From the NCBI GenBank assembly GCA_016748015.1, contig JAAOMT010000352.1:620001-684000 (forward strand): a stretch of DNA of 64,000 nucleotides, read 5' to 3'. Every line of letters begins with the position of its first letter. Position 1 is the stretch's first letter. Made by a program: the position numbers and the translations under genes. Source of the stretch: Geosiphon pyriformis uo1 (taxonomy: Eukaryota > Fungi > Glomeromycota). Under the pieces are notes generated by a model that saw nothing but the letters and a program-made list of their open reading frames with translations, did not search any database and was not told the DNA's origin. Positions 21,637-34,300 of the stretch are shown in pieces.

Positions 21637-24600
21637 TAATTTTATGTGTTTGATCCAATGATTATAATTGGTTCCAGATCTCATAGAATTTTATCTGGTT
21701 GGATTAATATTCACTATACTCCCAGTTGTGAAATATTACTGGTGGATGTTGTTATTATATTGTGATATAGTTTCAGTCAATCTCCATGTGCTGCTTTGGT
21801 TAAGATTTTATTATTCAATTTTAATTTATAAGCTCCATTTCCAAGAATTTTTTCTATGTAAAATGGTCTATTCCATTTGGGATCAAATTTTCCACTTTAT
21901 TGTTTTTCCACTTTGGTATGATGTAAAAGTACTTTGTCTTCAATCTTGAATTCAACTGGTTTATCTGGTAGTTGGTTATTGTGTCTTTTTTTTTGTTCCT
22001 CTTGTGACTTTTGGATGTTATCAACTGCTTTTCATTGCTTGTTTTCTAGAGTTTCTATTAAGTCATACGTTCTTCTTAGCAACATTTTCTGAAAATTATC
22101 TTCAGTTATTGGTTCTGTTAAATAAGTGTTGACTTTTATCTCAACTGGTAATGTTGCTGTTCTACTGTATACTAATTCAAATGGTGTTGCTTGTGTAGTG
22201 TCTTGTTTTATTGTCTGATAAGCAAATAATACTGATGATATAAACAAGTTCTATTTATTCTGGTTTTCTTGGCTGATCTTGACAATTGTTTTACATAATG
22301 TTCTGTTAAATCTTTCAACTAACTCATTTGTTTGTAGATAGTATGGTGATAATAATAGTTTTTTTATCTCAAATCTTTGACTTAATTCTGCTAGTGTTCT
22401 ATTTACAAAGTGAGTTCTTTGATCTGATAATAGTTTTTTTGAAAATCTGTGTTAACAAATCAAGTCTTAATAAATGAATTTGGCAATGGATTTTGTATCT
22501 GCTTTTTGAATGGCTTTTGCTTCCGGTCATTTTGTGAGATAATCCATGGCTACTGCAATATATCTGTTGCCTCTGCTAATAATTGTTAATGGTCTGATTA
22601 AGTTAATTCCAATGCAATTGAATGGTTATCCTACTTTAATTGGTCTTAATAGTTCACTGGGTTTTGTTCCTCTTCTTCTCTGACAAGCATCACAATTTTG
22701 AACATATTAGATAATGTTTGGATATATTAACAGCCAATAGTATCTTTTTCTGGTTCTTTCTATTGTTGCTTCTTTATGAAAATGTTCTGCTGTTGAATTT
22801 GAATGCATGTTGAACAATATTGTCTCTTTTTCTGGTTCTGTGATTACTTTAGTTGGTTGATCTGAATTCTTTCTGTTTTTCTAGTAAAGTATATTTTGGT
22901 GATTGATAAAATATTTTGATTGTTGTTTTATGTTGTTTTGTTCTTTTTGAGATAATTTCTTCTTGAACAATTGAGTATTTATATAATGTTGGAGTTGTTG
23001 GTATTTTTGTGTATTCATCTTTTGTTATATTTTTGGGTTGAAATGCTTTTAAATTTGTTTTATTTGCGACAAACTATTAACATTTCCATTGTCTTTTCTC
23101 TTTTTATAATGTACTGTAAATGTATATAGTGATAGTGCTATTTTCTATCTTACATGACAATCATCTTCAAATTTTTGCTTCTGGATTGAAATCAATTTTT
23201 TGTGATCAGTGTACACATCAAACTTTTGACTCAAGTATTCTTTCCATTTGGTAACAGCCCAATAGATAGCTAAGTGTTCCAGTGCTGAAGTTTCATAGTT
23301 TTTTTTAGCTGAACTTAAGCTTCTATTGGCATAAGCTACTGGATGTTCTTTTTTATCTGTTCTTTTTTGCAATAGTACTGCTTTTAATATTTGTCCTAAC
23401 ACATCTGTGGTAATGATGAATGATTTGTTGTGATCTGGATACATCAATACTGGAGCTTGGATAAGCTTTCTTCTTAATGTGTTGAAAGCTTCTTGCTGGG
23501 CTTTTGTTTATTCATACTTTACATTCTTGGTTTGTAAATGATGGAGTGGCTGGGCCAGTTTAGAAAAGTTCTTAATAAAGTGGCAATAATAGTCTGCGAA
23601 TCCCAAAAATGCTTTTAGTTCTGTAAAGTTGGTTGGTACTGGAAAGTTCTTTACTATTGCAATCTTGTCTGAATCTGTCTTGATACTATTTTTGCTTATC
23701 ACATGTCCCAAAAACTTGAGTTCTGTTTTTCCAAAGAAACATTTGTTTGTATTCAACTTTAATCCTGCTCTTCTTAACCTTTCAAACACTTGTTGAAGAT
23801 AATGTAGATGGTCATCAAATGTTTTGGAGAACACTTTCGTGTTGTATAAGTAAACAACTACAGATTTCCACAGTAGTCCAGTATAAACAATTTCTATGAG
23901 CTATTAAAATGTTGCTGGTGCATTCATCAAGCTGAATAGCATAACTTCAAATTCAAAATTTTTTTCCCATGTTGTAAAAGCTGTTTTTTCTTTATCTTCT
24001 GGTTTTATGGCTACTTGCCAGTAACCATTGTCTAAGTTTAAAGTCAAGAACCATTTTTTTCCTCCAAAAGCATCAAAAAGTTCTTGAATCTTTGGCATTG
24101 GGTAATTATTACCTTTGGTTACTCTATTCAGTTTCTGATAATCTACACAGAAATGGATTTTTTCATTCTTCTTTTAGACTAGTACTACTGGTAATAATCA
24201 TGAGCTCATTTATAGTTGAATTAACCCATTATCAAGCATTTAATTGATTTCTTGATGAATGATTTCATGACTGACTAGTGGTACTTTGTATGCTTTCTGT
24301 TTAATTGACATTGTATTTCTAGTCTTGATTTAATATTGGATGATGTTAGTTCTGCCAAATTTGTTTTTACTGGCAAAGATGTTATTGAAATTGTTGAGTA
24401 ATATCTTAAGTTGCATACATTGTAGTCAGTCTAAGTTTCCCAAATTCATCTGTTCTAATTGTTCTGATTGAAGCATATAACATTCTTTTTGTCCATATAT
24501 TGTTTAAAATGTGATATTTACATATCCACACAATTGTGGAAAATTTGGAATAGAGTTTGGTGGTTGTTTTTCAATTTTGGTGGTTAAATATCTAATAATA

Positions 24601-27600
24601 GTTCTTTCTGGTATCTTAATGATGTTTCCTGTGTTGTTATAAATGGAAATTTTGATATAACTGTGGTTTTTGGCTGGTATGTGTAAATTAATTAATCCAA
24701 TCTCTCTTGATTCACAAAGTTTTGCCTCTGCCTTAAAAATTTGAACCTGATTCTTTATTTTTCTCTCTATAGTTACCATGTACTAATCATATAATGGAAT
24801 GGAAATTAGTTGACAGGTGGAGATAATTTCTTTTTTGTCAATAATTTTGTTCTCTGCCATATTAACTAATACATCTATTCTACTCATGGATCCGAATTAT
24901 TGTATTCCTTTTGCTGTTATCCTTAATTCTTCCCTGTTTCTCACTGATACTAATTGAGCTATTTTAACCAGAGGCAGGAATATTGCCTGTGCTATCTTTT
25001 TGTTTAGATCTATGATATATGCCTTTTTTGAGTCGTTTTGTAGCATTGTAATGATATTTCCTACATATCCTGCATCAATTATTCCTCCTCTGATGTTGAT
25101 TTTTTTTTTGCTAAGCTACTTTTAGATGCTAGTTGAATCATTGTTGTTGCTGGAATTTCTAATGTTACTTTGAGATCAATGCATGTGCACAAATGTGGTT
25201 CCAATTTAATGGCATCTTTCCCTAGATATCTTAGATCAAACCCTGCATCTGTATTATGCACATGTTCTGGCATGATGCCTTTATTGTTGTCACTATATCA
25301 TCTGAGTTCCTGTTCTTTAGAAAGATCAGAAAACACAATGTATATTTCGGGATTTGAGTTGGAGTCTGCATTGCTATTATTTTTCTTGTTATATTGAGTA
25401 AAGCTGGAATCATTGTTTTTGTTATTGTCATTGTTAAAGTTTGAATTGGGATTGAAAATTGATTTCAATTCTGATGTGCAGCAATTGATTGGTTTTTTTT
25501 TTTCTGGGATTGTGTAAATCATGTGGAGTGGTGGATTGTAAATGAGGTTACACTTATTACAATATTGAAAATCACATGGAATTAGGCAGTATTAACACAG
25601 TCAAGTGTTCAACTGTTTTAAGTGTTGCTTTTGTTCTTCTCTTGTGGGTGCTAATTCTTGGTAGTGCTTGTGGAATTGTTTTGGGTCCAGAAGGTTTATG
25701 ACTGGTTCTGGGTCCCAGTCAAGTTCTATGGGTTCAAGTGGGTTATTTTTAATTGTTTTTATTTCTTCTGGTGACACTTTTTTGATTTTGGCAAATGCCA
25801 TTTGCCAAATTTTGTCATCATTATGTGAACAGCCATCTAGACATTTAATTGCTTGTCTTCAAGCAGTGTTTATAGGTGTTCTTTTTCTTACCTAGTTACT
25901 TATAAGAATTATGTACTGACATAATTTGTTGCACATTTCTCCTTTCCCAGGAATGTCGTTCTACATTCCTTCATTGAGGAGAGTTTTTCCACAAGCCAAG
26001 CATGGCTCATTATTCCATTTTTCAACTTGTTTTGGTCTTCTAAAGTGGTCAATAAAACATGGGTGGCAATAGAATTTAGTTGCTATCTGGTATTCCTTGT
26101 CATTATTACAGCATGTATCTATTAATAACAATTTCTTGTCACAATTGACACATACTAGTTTTGAGCAGTGATAGTTAGATAGTTGTGGTAAATTATATGT
26201 ATATGAGTTGTAAGTGGCAGTGATGGCTGATATTGGTTCTTCTTTCTTCTCTTTTCCTTTTTCTTTTGTATTTTCTTCCCACTCCCAATTCATTAGCTCT
26301 TTTTGGTTGTTGTCAGTTCTCCAGGTTTGGTCAGCATTCTAAGTAAATTCTTCTTTTTGTTTTTTTTTTCCATTGTTGTTCCAGAAAAGTATTGATAGTA
26401 ACTTATTGTGGTCTCCTTTAGCCCATGATACTTGATAGGCTTCCCAGGTAGGTTTTTTCTCTTCTTCTTTAAACTTAATGAATGGTGCTGGTGATTTGAT
26501 AGTCTTGAAATAACCACATGTGGCAAGTACTCATGTGTGTTAACTGTTCTGGCTAAGCTGTAGTTTTTGTATGTTCCAGTTAAGCACAGCATTGGTTTTA
26601 ACTAACCAGTCATTACCAACTAATGTCTGATACTGCATAGCTTCTATTACCAAAACTTTGATTAGGGTAATAATATTATTTACTTCGAAGAGAAAATCAT
26701 CAATTTCACTAATAAAAGTTTTGGTTGTTCTATTAGCAGTAATAATTTGTGTGCTGGCAGCTCAATCAACTTGGTGACCTAATTGGTCCATAAGTTGTCT
26801 TGTAATAATGCTGCCAGCTGATCAACTGTTTAGGATTAGTTTGATGAGGTAACTATCAACTTTAGCATTCGTGTACATAGCAGTAATAGGTTTTTTTTTG
26901 AGAGCAGCTCCATTAAATAATGGCATGACTGCTGGTTTCTTGAGTTCAAATAGAAAGATAGCATCTAATGATTTGTTCTCAGTAATGATAGCTGGTGGAA
27001 TGTTGCTGGTAAGTGTTGGTTGTTGGTTGGTTTCTAAATTGTTGGATTGGGCATCTTTTGGGGAAACTAGAAGACTTAAATAGTGTTGGAAATTCAGGTT
27101 TTGGGCATGCCCAGTTCCTGAATTCCAAAAATGTAATCCTGTTGGTTAGTGAGAGGAGCTGGGGATTGGTTGGTGAACAACTATTGCCAATCTCCAGTTT
27201 TGAGTGACTCTTAATCTAGGGTTTTCTAATGTCATCTGAGCTGAGTTTAATGGTGGTGTTTGGACTGTGGGTGTCTAATAAATTATCTGTGGCTACAGTA
27301 GTTGATATATTACTGGTGTCTGTAGTTAATAAACTGGAGGTTGATATATGGGTAATTGATATATTGACTGCTGTATCATTGGCAGGTAAGTGGGTTGATA
27401 TTGGTTTTGATTTGAGTAATAATATGCAGTTTGAATGCTGCAATTAGGGTTTTGGTATTGATTTCCTGATCATGTGTTACTATAAAAATGGCAGTTAGCT
27501 TGAATATGGTCTTGTTTACCACAGTGGTAGCAGACATGTATCTCTGGCTGCCATGGCTGACTGGATGATGATGAGAGATGCGACTGATTTTGGAAGTGAT

Positions 27601-29214
27601 TCGCATTTCCTGAGTTATTATGTCATTGTCAAGGTTAATAAATTGCACAATTGTTAGCTAAGTATCTCTTTAATTTCTGGTTAATAAAATTACTGAATTG
27701 TTTCAATTTGGAATCCAAGTCAGATAATCTGTTTATTACTAAATTTACAGCTTGAACATGGTTAGCTTCTAATTCAGCTGTTTTAAAATCTCTGGTATTT
27801 GTGACTATGGCTTGAAGGTCTGCTGAATGCATTGGGCATACATACTGGAAGATGCTACTGTACAGTTTCCTAATGAATTGGTTCAAAATTTGTGGCACTG
27901 TAAAATAATCAGCCTGTATGGCCTGAATTTAGTGCAGATTTCTGTGGAAGCATCTTAAGTAAGTAGTGACTGCTTCATTTTCTCCTTGTTTGATAATAGT
28001 GAAGATATTTGCTAGGTGATTAATACTATTATTATTGCTGAAGTATTGTAAAAATGCAAGTTTAAATGCATTGAAATCCTGTGGTTTATTGGCTAAGCTT
28101 TGATATCATGAGTCAGCAGTATCTTGGAAAAAATAAGAAATGGCTTGCATGATTCTGGTGCCATCCTATCTATTAGCTATAATGGCTTTTCCCATGTCAT
28201 TCAGCTATATTTGGGCGTCATTTTTTTTACCAGTAAATTTCTCAAGTTTAACTATTGAAGCATAAGCCATTGGTACAATTAGTTGTTGGTTTAGTGGTTG
28301 AAGTTGTTGTTGCAGCTGTGGAAGTGACAGCTGTGGTGGTTGAATAGATTGCTGAAGTGGCTGCTGTTGAATCAATTCAATAATTGGTTCTATTGGCAGC
28401 TGATTTATGACAATTTTTGAAGATAAGTTTTCCTGATTGATTAATTCGGGTTTGGATTATTTGGAGTTTACTGGGTTTGAATATTCAAGGCTTTAATTTC
28501 TGCATTTTCTGTAATTAGATTTTTGTAAGTAAATTTCTAATCCTCACTTTCTTTTTCTTCTGATTCTGTTACTTCTCATGGACTTGCAGTTCTGAAATCT
28601 GGTTGAGGTGGCAGTAATCAGAATCTTGATGGTGTTGGTGATCACAACTTAAATCCTTCAAAATATTTACCATATGGTTCTAATAACTCTGCTCTTCTTT
28701 GTTTATTTTGGAATAGGAATTATCCAAAGGTTGATGTTGTGTTTAATGTAGATGCATCTGCTGATAAGATGTTGATAGTACTTTCTGGTATATAATGGTA
28801 TGAGAGATTGGTAGGTAATTCAACTCTGGTTTTTTTTCAAATAGATGATTGTATCTGTTTTGGTGTTATTGCTGGTGTTTGTAATCTTTTTTTGTCTTTG
28901 TTTGCATAGATAATAGAGAATTATTGTTGGGTGTATCTTTTAATAGTTTGATTGATTTTTCTAATAATTGGTGTGAAACTGTAGTTTCTTGGTAAGCTGG
29001 TATGTTAAAACAATTCTGTATAAAAATTTTCTCTTGTGAATTCAATGTTAATTGTTCCTCCTAAGCAGTCTGTGATTTTATTGTTAACATAGAAGTTAAA
29101 GACTGATTTTGCTGAGAAATAGTTATTGTTTAATCTTAATTGTTGGCTGTATTGGTAAAATAAGGATATGGCAAATTCTAAATGGTTTGTCCCTATGATT
29201 TCTGATTCAACCAC
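21637..29214 (-). pseudogene. gag-pol: A3 gag-pol pseudogene
   Basis: ORF fragments 29005..29214, 27635..27898 (Gag), 25961..26293 (Cys-rich), 25079..25273 (dUTPase AGFDL), 23904..24098 and 23508..23834 (RT), 23145..23447 (RNase H), 22032..22247 (IN). Confidence 0.9.
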
Positions 29215-29276
29215 TTTTGGATAATTGTTGTTGGTGCTGGTTCTCTGTATGATTATACCTTACAGAAAGCACCAAA

Positions 29277-29520
29277 TATTACAGGTGATTATTTGGAATC
29301 TCAAAGCAAATAACAAACCCATAACTTGGTGCTCAATTGATTTAATGATGTTGATTTCTGAAGATGATTTGTATCTGAAGGTTTTGGTTAAGTCCTTTGT
29401 ATAATGAACAGTAATTTAATCATTGTTTTCAGTAGCCTTCTGGAATCGCAATTTTGTCAATTTTTCTCTTAGCTTAATGGCTGGCAATTCTCTAGTAAGT
29501 AATCCATAATTCTTGTACAT
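29277..29520 (-). repeat. A3 5' LTR, PBS-proximal 244 bp only
   Basis: TATTAC two nt from PBS; family A LTR sequence until the B1 insertion. Confidence 0.85.
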
Positions 29521-30564
29521 TGTTACAGGTAAACTTGAGGGGTATGGGAAATGGTAACGTTTGGTGCTCTCAATTATTAATGATGCATTTTCTGCGTAAT
29601 TCTGTTGGCTTAGTCTTAATTATCAGTCTTTGAAGGTCTATTCCTGAATGTAATTTTACCCGTTGAGTTCTTTGGTTATAAGACACAGAGTTTGTCTTTT
29701 GTCAATTGCAATGTTTTCCATAAATGTGAGCTTTCTTCTCTGAGCTAATGAGCACAGTCATTAGGATCTGGCATTGTTTTTTCACTCTTCTGGTAAGCTA
29801 ACAAAATAACATTAATATCCAAAACTTAGGGAGAGCTTCCCTCTTTTACCAGACTATTACAAAGTCTATTTTCAGACAGTTAATTTTACTATATTGCTGT
29901 TTCACACAAAAAAAATAAGAAAAAAAAAGGAAAAAAAAAGAAAAAAAAAATAGATTAGTATTGTCAATCGCTGTGATCAAGAGCAATTGGTCCAAATTTT
30001 TAATAGTTTGAGGCGATTATGCTAAGAGCATCTGTTCTAGAATGAAGGTACAAGATAAGAGTTAATTCACATAAATTTCATGAAGTTTGAGAACATGAAT
30101 TTGTGATTCTGATTTCTTTAATAATTGGTTTATTTCAGAAGATGAAATAAGGAAGATAATAAATAATGAAGGGATATGAATATTTGATTCTTGTCTAAAA
30201 GTTCATATCTATCTGTCTGTTTTTTTAACTTTTACAACTACTTGCTTTTATATATTCTTTTGGTTTTACAGAATTGCTTTCAATTGTCTCACTATTGCTA
30301 GCTATTACTTTGCTATTTCTGTTATTGCTTTGTTTTTCTACATTATCACTAGTTATCCTATATTATAACACATTATCTGACGTTATTACATGTTATTCTG
30401 TGTTATCCTGCATTATAACATGTTATCCTATGTTATTGCGTGCTATTTTGTGTTATTTTGCATTATAATGCATTATCCAATGTTATTGCATACTATTCTG
30501 TATTATGTCACATTTTGATCACATTTTTTCATAACTTTGGATCGGTTTTTCTACTCAGATAACA
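29521..30564 (-). repeat. B1 3' LTR (1044 bp) with 10-bp array ~30351-30510
   Basis: Direct repeat of 45447-46520. Confidence 0.95.
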
Positions 30565-30579
30565 TTATTCCTCTCTTTT

Positions 30580-31314
30580 TTAGAATTGAGCTCTTGCAAA
30601 ATCATATGTATCTGTTTCTATGTCTTCATTCATGTAATGTTTGATGATTGCATCAAGTATTGTTTTTCATAAGTCTTCAAACTGTTGATTGGTAATTTGT
30701 CTTATGTTGTTAACTGTTATCATCTTTATTGATCCATACAACAGTACATTTGGACAATGTTGGAAAGCAAAATATAGTCGGTATACTGCTTTGTAATGTA
30801 GGGTCAGGTTGTTTTTTCCTATGAACTTTTCTACTTGTTGTATTGCTTTTTTGTTGAATGTTTTCTGGCTAAGGTCTTTGTATGGTGTTTTCAAGTCAAG
30901 CTGTTCTCCAATTTTGTAGAACCAATATGCTGGAAGAAGTCTTTCTTTCCATTCCTGGACATTGTCAAGTATCCACTCCCCTGTTTTGGAGAGTTTGGTC
31001 CCATAAGCTAAAGCTTCTTTTATTTCTTCAAGCTTGGGGACCAAGTATCTTCTTTTGTAATCTTTTTTTCTTTCTTTGCCTCTTTTTTCTCCACCTCTCA
31101 CCCAAAGGCAATTTTTCTTCCAACATTGCCTTTCGGGTGGTGGGTAGGAGAGGAAACATTTAGTTCTAATTGAACTCTCATCCTCCTCTTTTCTGCTCTT
31201 ATCTTTGTATCATATTTCTTTTTTATCAATTGTTATTTCTATTTGAACAGAAGATTTTTGAATTGTTTCAAATAATTGTTTAAATAATTTTAAAATTTAA
31301 TCTGAAAGGTCCAT
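30580..31314 (-). pseudogene. B1 ORF3 (~245 codons)
   Basis: MDLSD(Q)ILKLFKQLFETIQKSSVQIEITIDKKEI(R)YKD... plus ORF 30667..31101 ending ...AQF*; aligns with A ORF3; TATATATAG at ~31352-31360. Confidence 0.8.
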
Positions 31315-31395
31315 GTTGAAATTTCTATCATTTCTTGCTGCTTTTCAGATGCTATATATATTTGAATTCTCCAATTTAATTTGCTGTCCATTGTC

Positions 31396-34300
31396 TATGT
31401 TTTGATGATGATGATTGGTTCCAGATCTCATGGTATATCTTCTGGTCTGATTAATGAAATTTGTGTTTCTAGTTGAGGTACTGATGATGATGATTTCTGT
31501 TTTGCATGATAAATTTTTAACCGATTTCCATGTGCTACTTTCTTTAAAATCCTGTTTTCTAATTGTAGTTTGTAAGCTCTATTTCCTAAAGCTTCGTGTA
31601 TGTGGAATAAACTGTTCCACTTTGGGTCAAACTTTCCACTCCACTGTTTCTTAGCTTTTGTATGATGTAACAGTACCTGGTTTCCAATCTTAAATTCTAT
31701 TGGTTGTTCAGGTAGGTGATTGTCATGTCTTTTTTTTTGTTGTTTTTGAGTGTTACTAATGTTATCAGCTGCTGTTCTTTAATTGTTTTCTAACGTTTCC
31801 ATTAGCTAGTACATTCTGTAATACAAAGTAGCTTTAAAATTCTCTTTGGTAATTGTTTCTGTTGGGTAAAACAATATTTCTTGTTTGATAGGTAACATAG
31901 CTTTCCTTCCATAGACTAGTTCAAATGGTGTGAAGTGTGTTATATTTTGCTTTAGTGTTTGGTATGCAAAGAGTACTGAAGGTATAAATAGGTCCTATTT
32001 TTGTTCGTTTTCTTGACTTATTTTTGCTAATGCTTCACACAGTGTTCAGTTAAACTGTTCTACCAGTCTGTTAGTTTGTGGGTGGTATGGTAATGATAAA
32101 GAACATTTTATACCAAACCATTGGCTTAATTCTGTTAATGTATTATTGATGAAATGTATTTCTTGATTAGATAACAATTCTTTTGGACATTCATGTCAGC
32201 AAATTAGGTCTTGATGTACGAACTTGGCTACTGTTTTGGCATCGGCCACTTGAATTGCTTTGGCTTCTGGCCATTTTGTAAGATAATCAACAGTTACAAC
32301 AATATACCGATTTTTTTTGGATGTAATTGAGAGAGAACCAACCAAATTGATTCTGATTTTATCAAATGGATTTCCAACTAGAATGGGTCGAAGTGGTTCT
32401 ATTGATCTTGCTCCTTTTTTTCACTGGCATGTATCACAATTGAGCACATATTCAAAAATGTCTTTGTACATCATTTGCCAATAGTATAAATTTAGTGTTC
32501 TTTCGAGGGTAGCATCTTTGTTAAAGTGTCTTGATGTCAAATCTGAGTGCATGCTATATAGTATAGTTTCTCTTTCACTGTCCTTGATTAGTCATTGTGG
32601 GGTGAAGTGGTTTTGGCATTCTCGTCAATATAGTTAGTTGTCTTGAATAAAATAATTTCAGGCTTGTTTTCATATAGTACTTTGTTTCTGTTGAGATAAT
32701 ATCTCCTTAAAACATAGTATTGATAGGTACTGATGTAATTGTTGATAAGTGAGTGTGTTTATGGGTCTGGGATTAGATTTGTGGCATTCTCGACAAACTG
32801 TCAGCATTGGTGTTCTTGGATTCTTCCTTGTAATGGACTTTGAATGAGAATTGTTACAGATAAGTACTCCATTTCGCATATTTTCTTTCTAATTGTGAAT
32901 TATTGAATAACCAAATAAGTTCTTTGTAATCAGTATATAGGTCAAATAGTTGACTGAGGTAATGTTTCCAAGTTTGTATGACCTAATAAATAGCAAGACA
33001 TTCCAGATCTGTTGTGCTGTAATTTTTTTCTGCCGGGCTTGTGCTGCGACTGGCATAGGCAACTGGATGTTCTCTATTGTCCGGTCTTATCTGTGATAAG
33101 ACTGCTCCTAGAGCATTTTTTAAGGCATCCGTAGTGACAATAAACCATTTAGTAAAATCTGGGTAAATCAGGATGAGAGATGTGATCAAATGCTGCTTGA
33201 GATAGTCGAATGCATTTTGTTGATTTTCCTTTCACAAGTATAGTATGTATTTGGGCAACAAATGATGAAGTGGTTTTGTGATGTTTGAGAAATTTTTGAC
33301 AAATTGATGATAATATTCTGTCAATCCTAGAAATTCTTGTAATTCTCTGAAGTTAATTGGGGCTGGAAAATCTTTGACTTTTTGTACTTTATCTGAATTG
33401 GGTTTGACTCCATTTTTGCTGATTACATGTTCTAAGAATTTTAACTCGGTTTTTCTAAAGAAGCATTTATTGGGATTGAGTTTCAATCTGGCATTATAAA
33501 GGCATTCAAAGACTTGTTGCAGATGGAGCAAATAATCATCAAAAATTTCAGAGAAGACATTGATGTCGTCTAGATATACTATGACTGATTTCCACAGGAT
33601 TCCTTTGTATACAATATTCATGAGGCATTGAAACATGACGGGAGTGTTGCAGAGTCCAAAAAGCATTACATTAAACTCGAAGTTTCTATCTCAAGTGGTA
33701 AACACTGTTTTTCCTTTGTCTTTGGAGTTCATTTCAACTTGCCAATAACCACTTGCTAAATCTAATGATGAGAACTATTTCTTTTTTCCTAGATTGTCCA
33801 GAATTTTTTGGATGAGAGGAGTAGAATAATTATCTCTTTGCATAATGCTATTTAATTTTCAGTAATCCATACAAAATCATACCTTTTTGTTTTTTTTGGT
33901 AACCAAGACTACTGAAGAGGACCAAAGACTTAATGATTCTTTGATTAGGCCGTTATCAAGCATCTGTTGCATTTCTTGCTTAATTAAGTTATCACCAGAT
34001 GGAGATATGCAGTAAGCTCATTGCTTAATCAGTCAAGCATTTTCCATATCAATCTGATGCTTTATGATGTCAGTGTGTCTGAACTCATTTTCACTGGCAA
34101 AGACATCAGCATGCTGATTCAGAAGGACTTTGAGTTGTATTTGTTGCAGGATACTTAAGTTTCTTAAATTCAATTTATTAATCTTTTTTGGTGTGAACAA
34201 GTAACTTTTTTTTGGCAAATTCCATACTTGTAAGATAATGTTGCAGAATAAGAATAATTGTGTGAAGTCTGGAATGAACTGGGGTTTTTCAGAATTCTGA

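Larger units (their letters stand above)
20079..29520 (-). mobile_element. Family A element A3 (3' LTR 20079-20934, internal region, PBS 29258-29274, 5' LTR from 29277 interrupted at 29520 by B1)
   Basis: TGTTAC at 20079 with left flank GCAT; PPT after 20934; full domain series on minus strand. Confidence 0.9.

Noticed and set aside
30274-30468. Hydrophobic ORF resembling a signal or TM peptide (also 46210..46404)
   Set aside because: Antisense shadow of the T-rich 10-bp U3 array; TTG start; duplicated only because it lies in sister LTRs.
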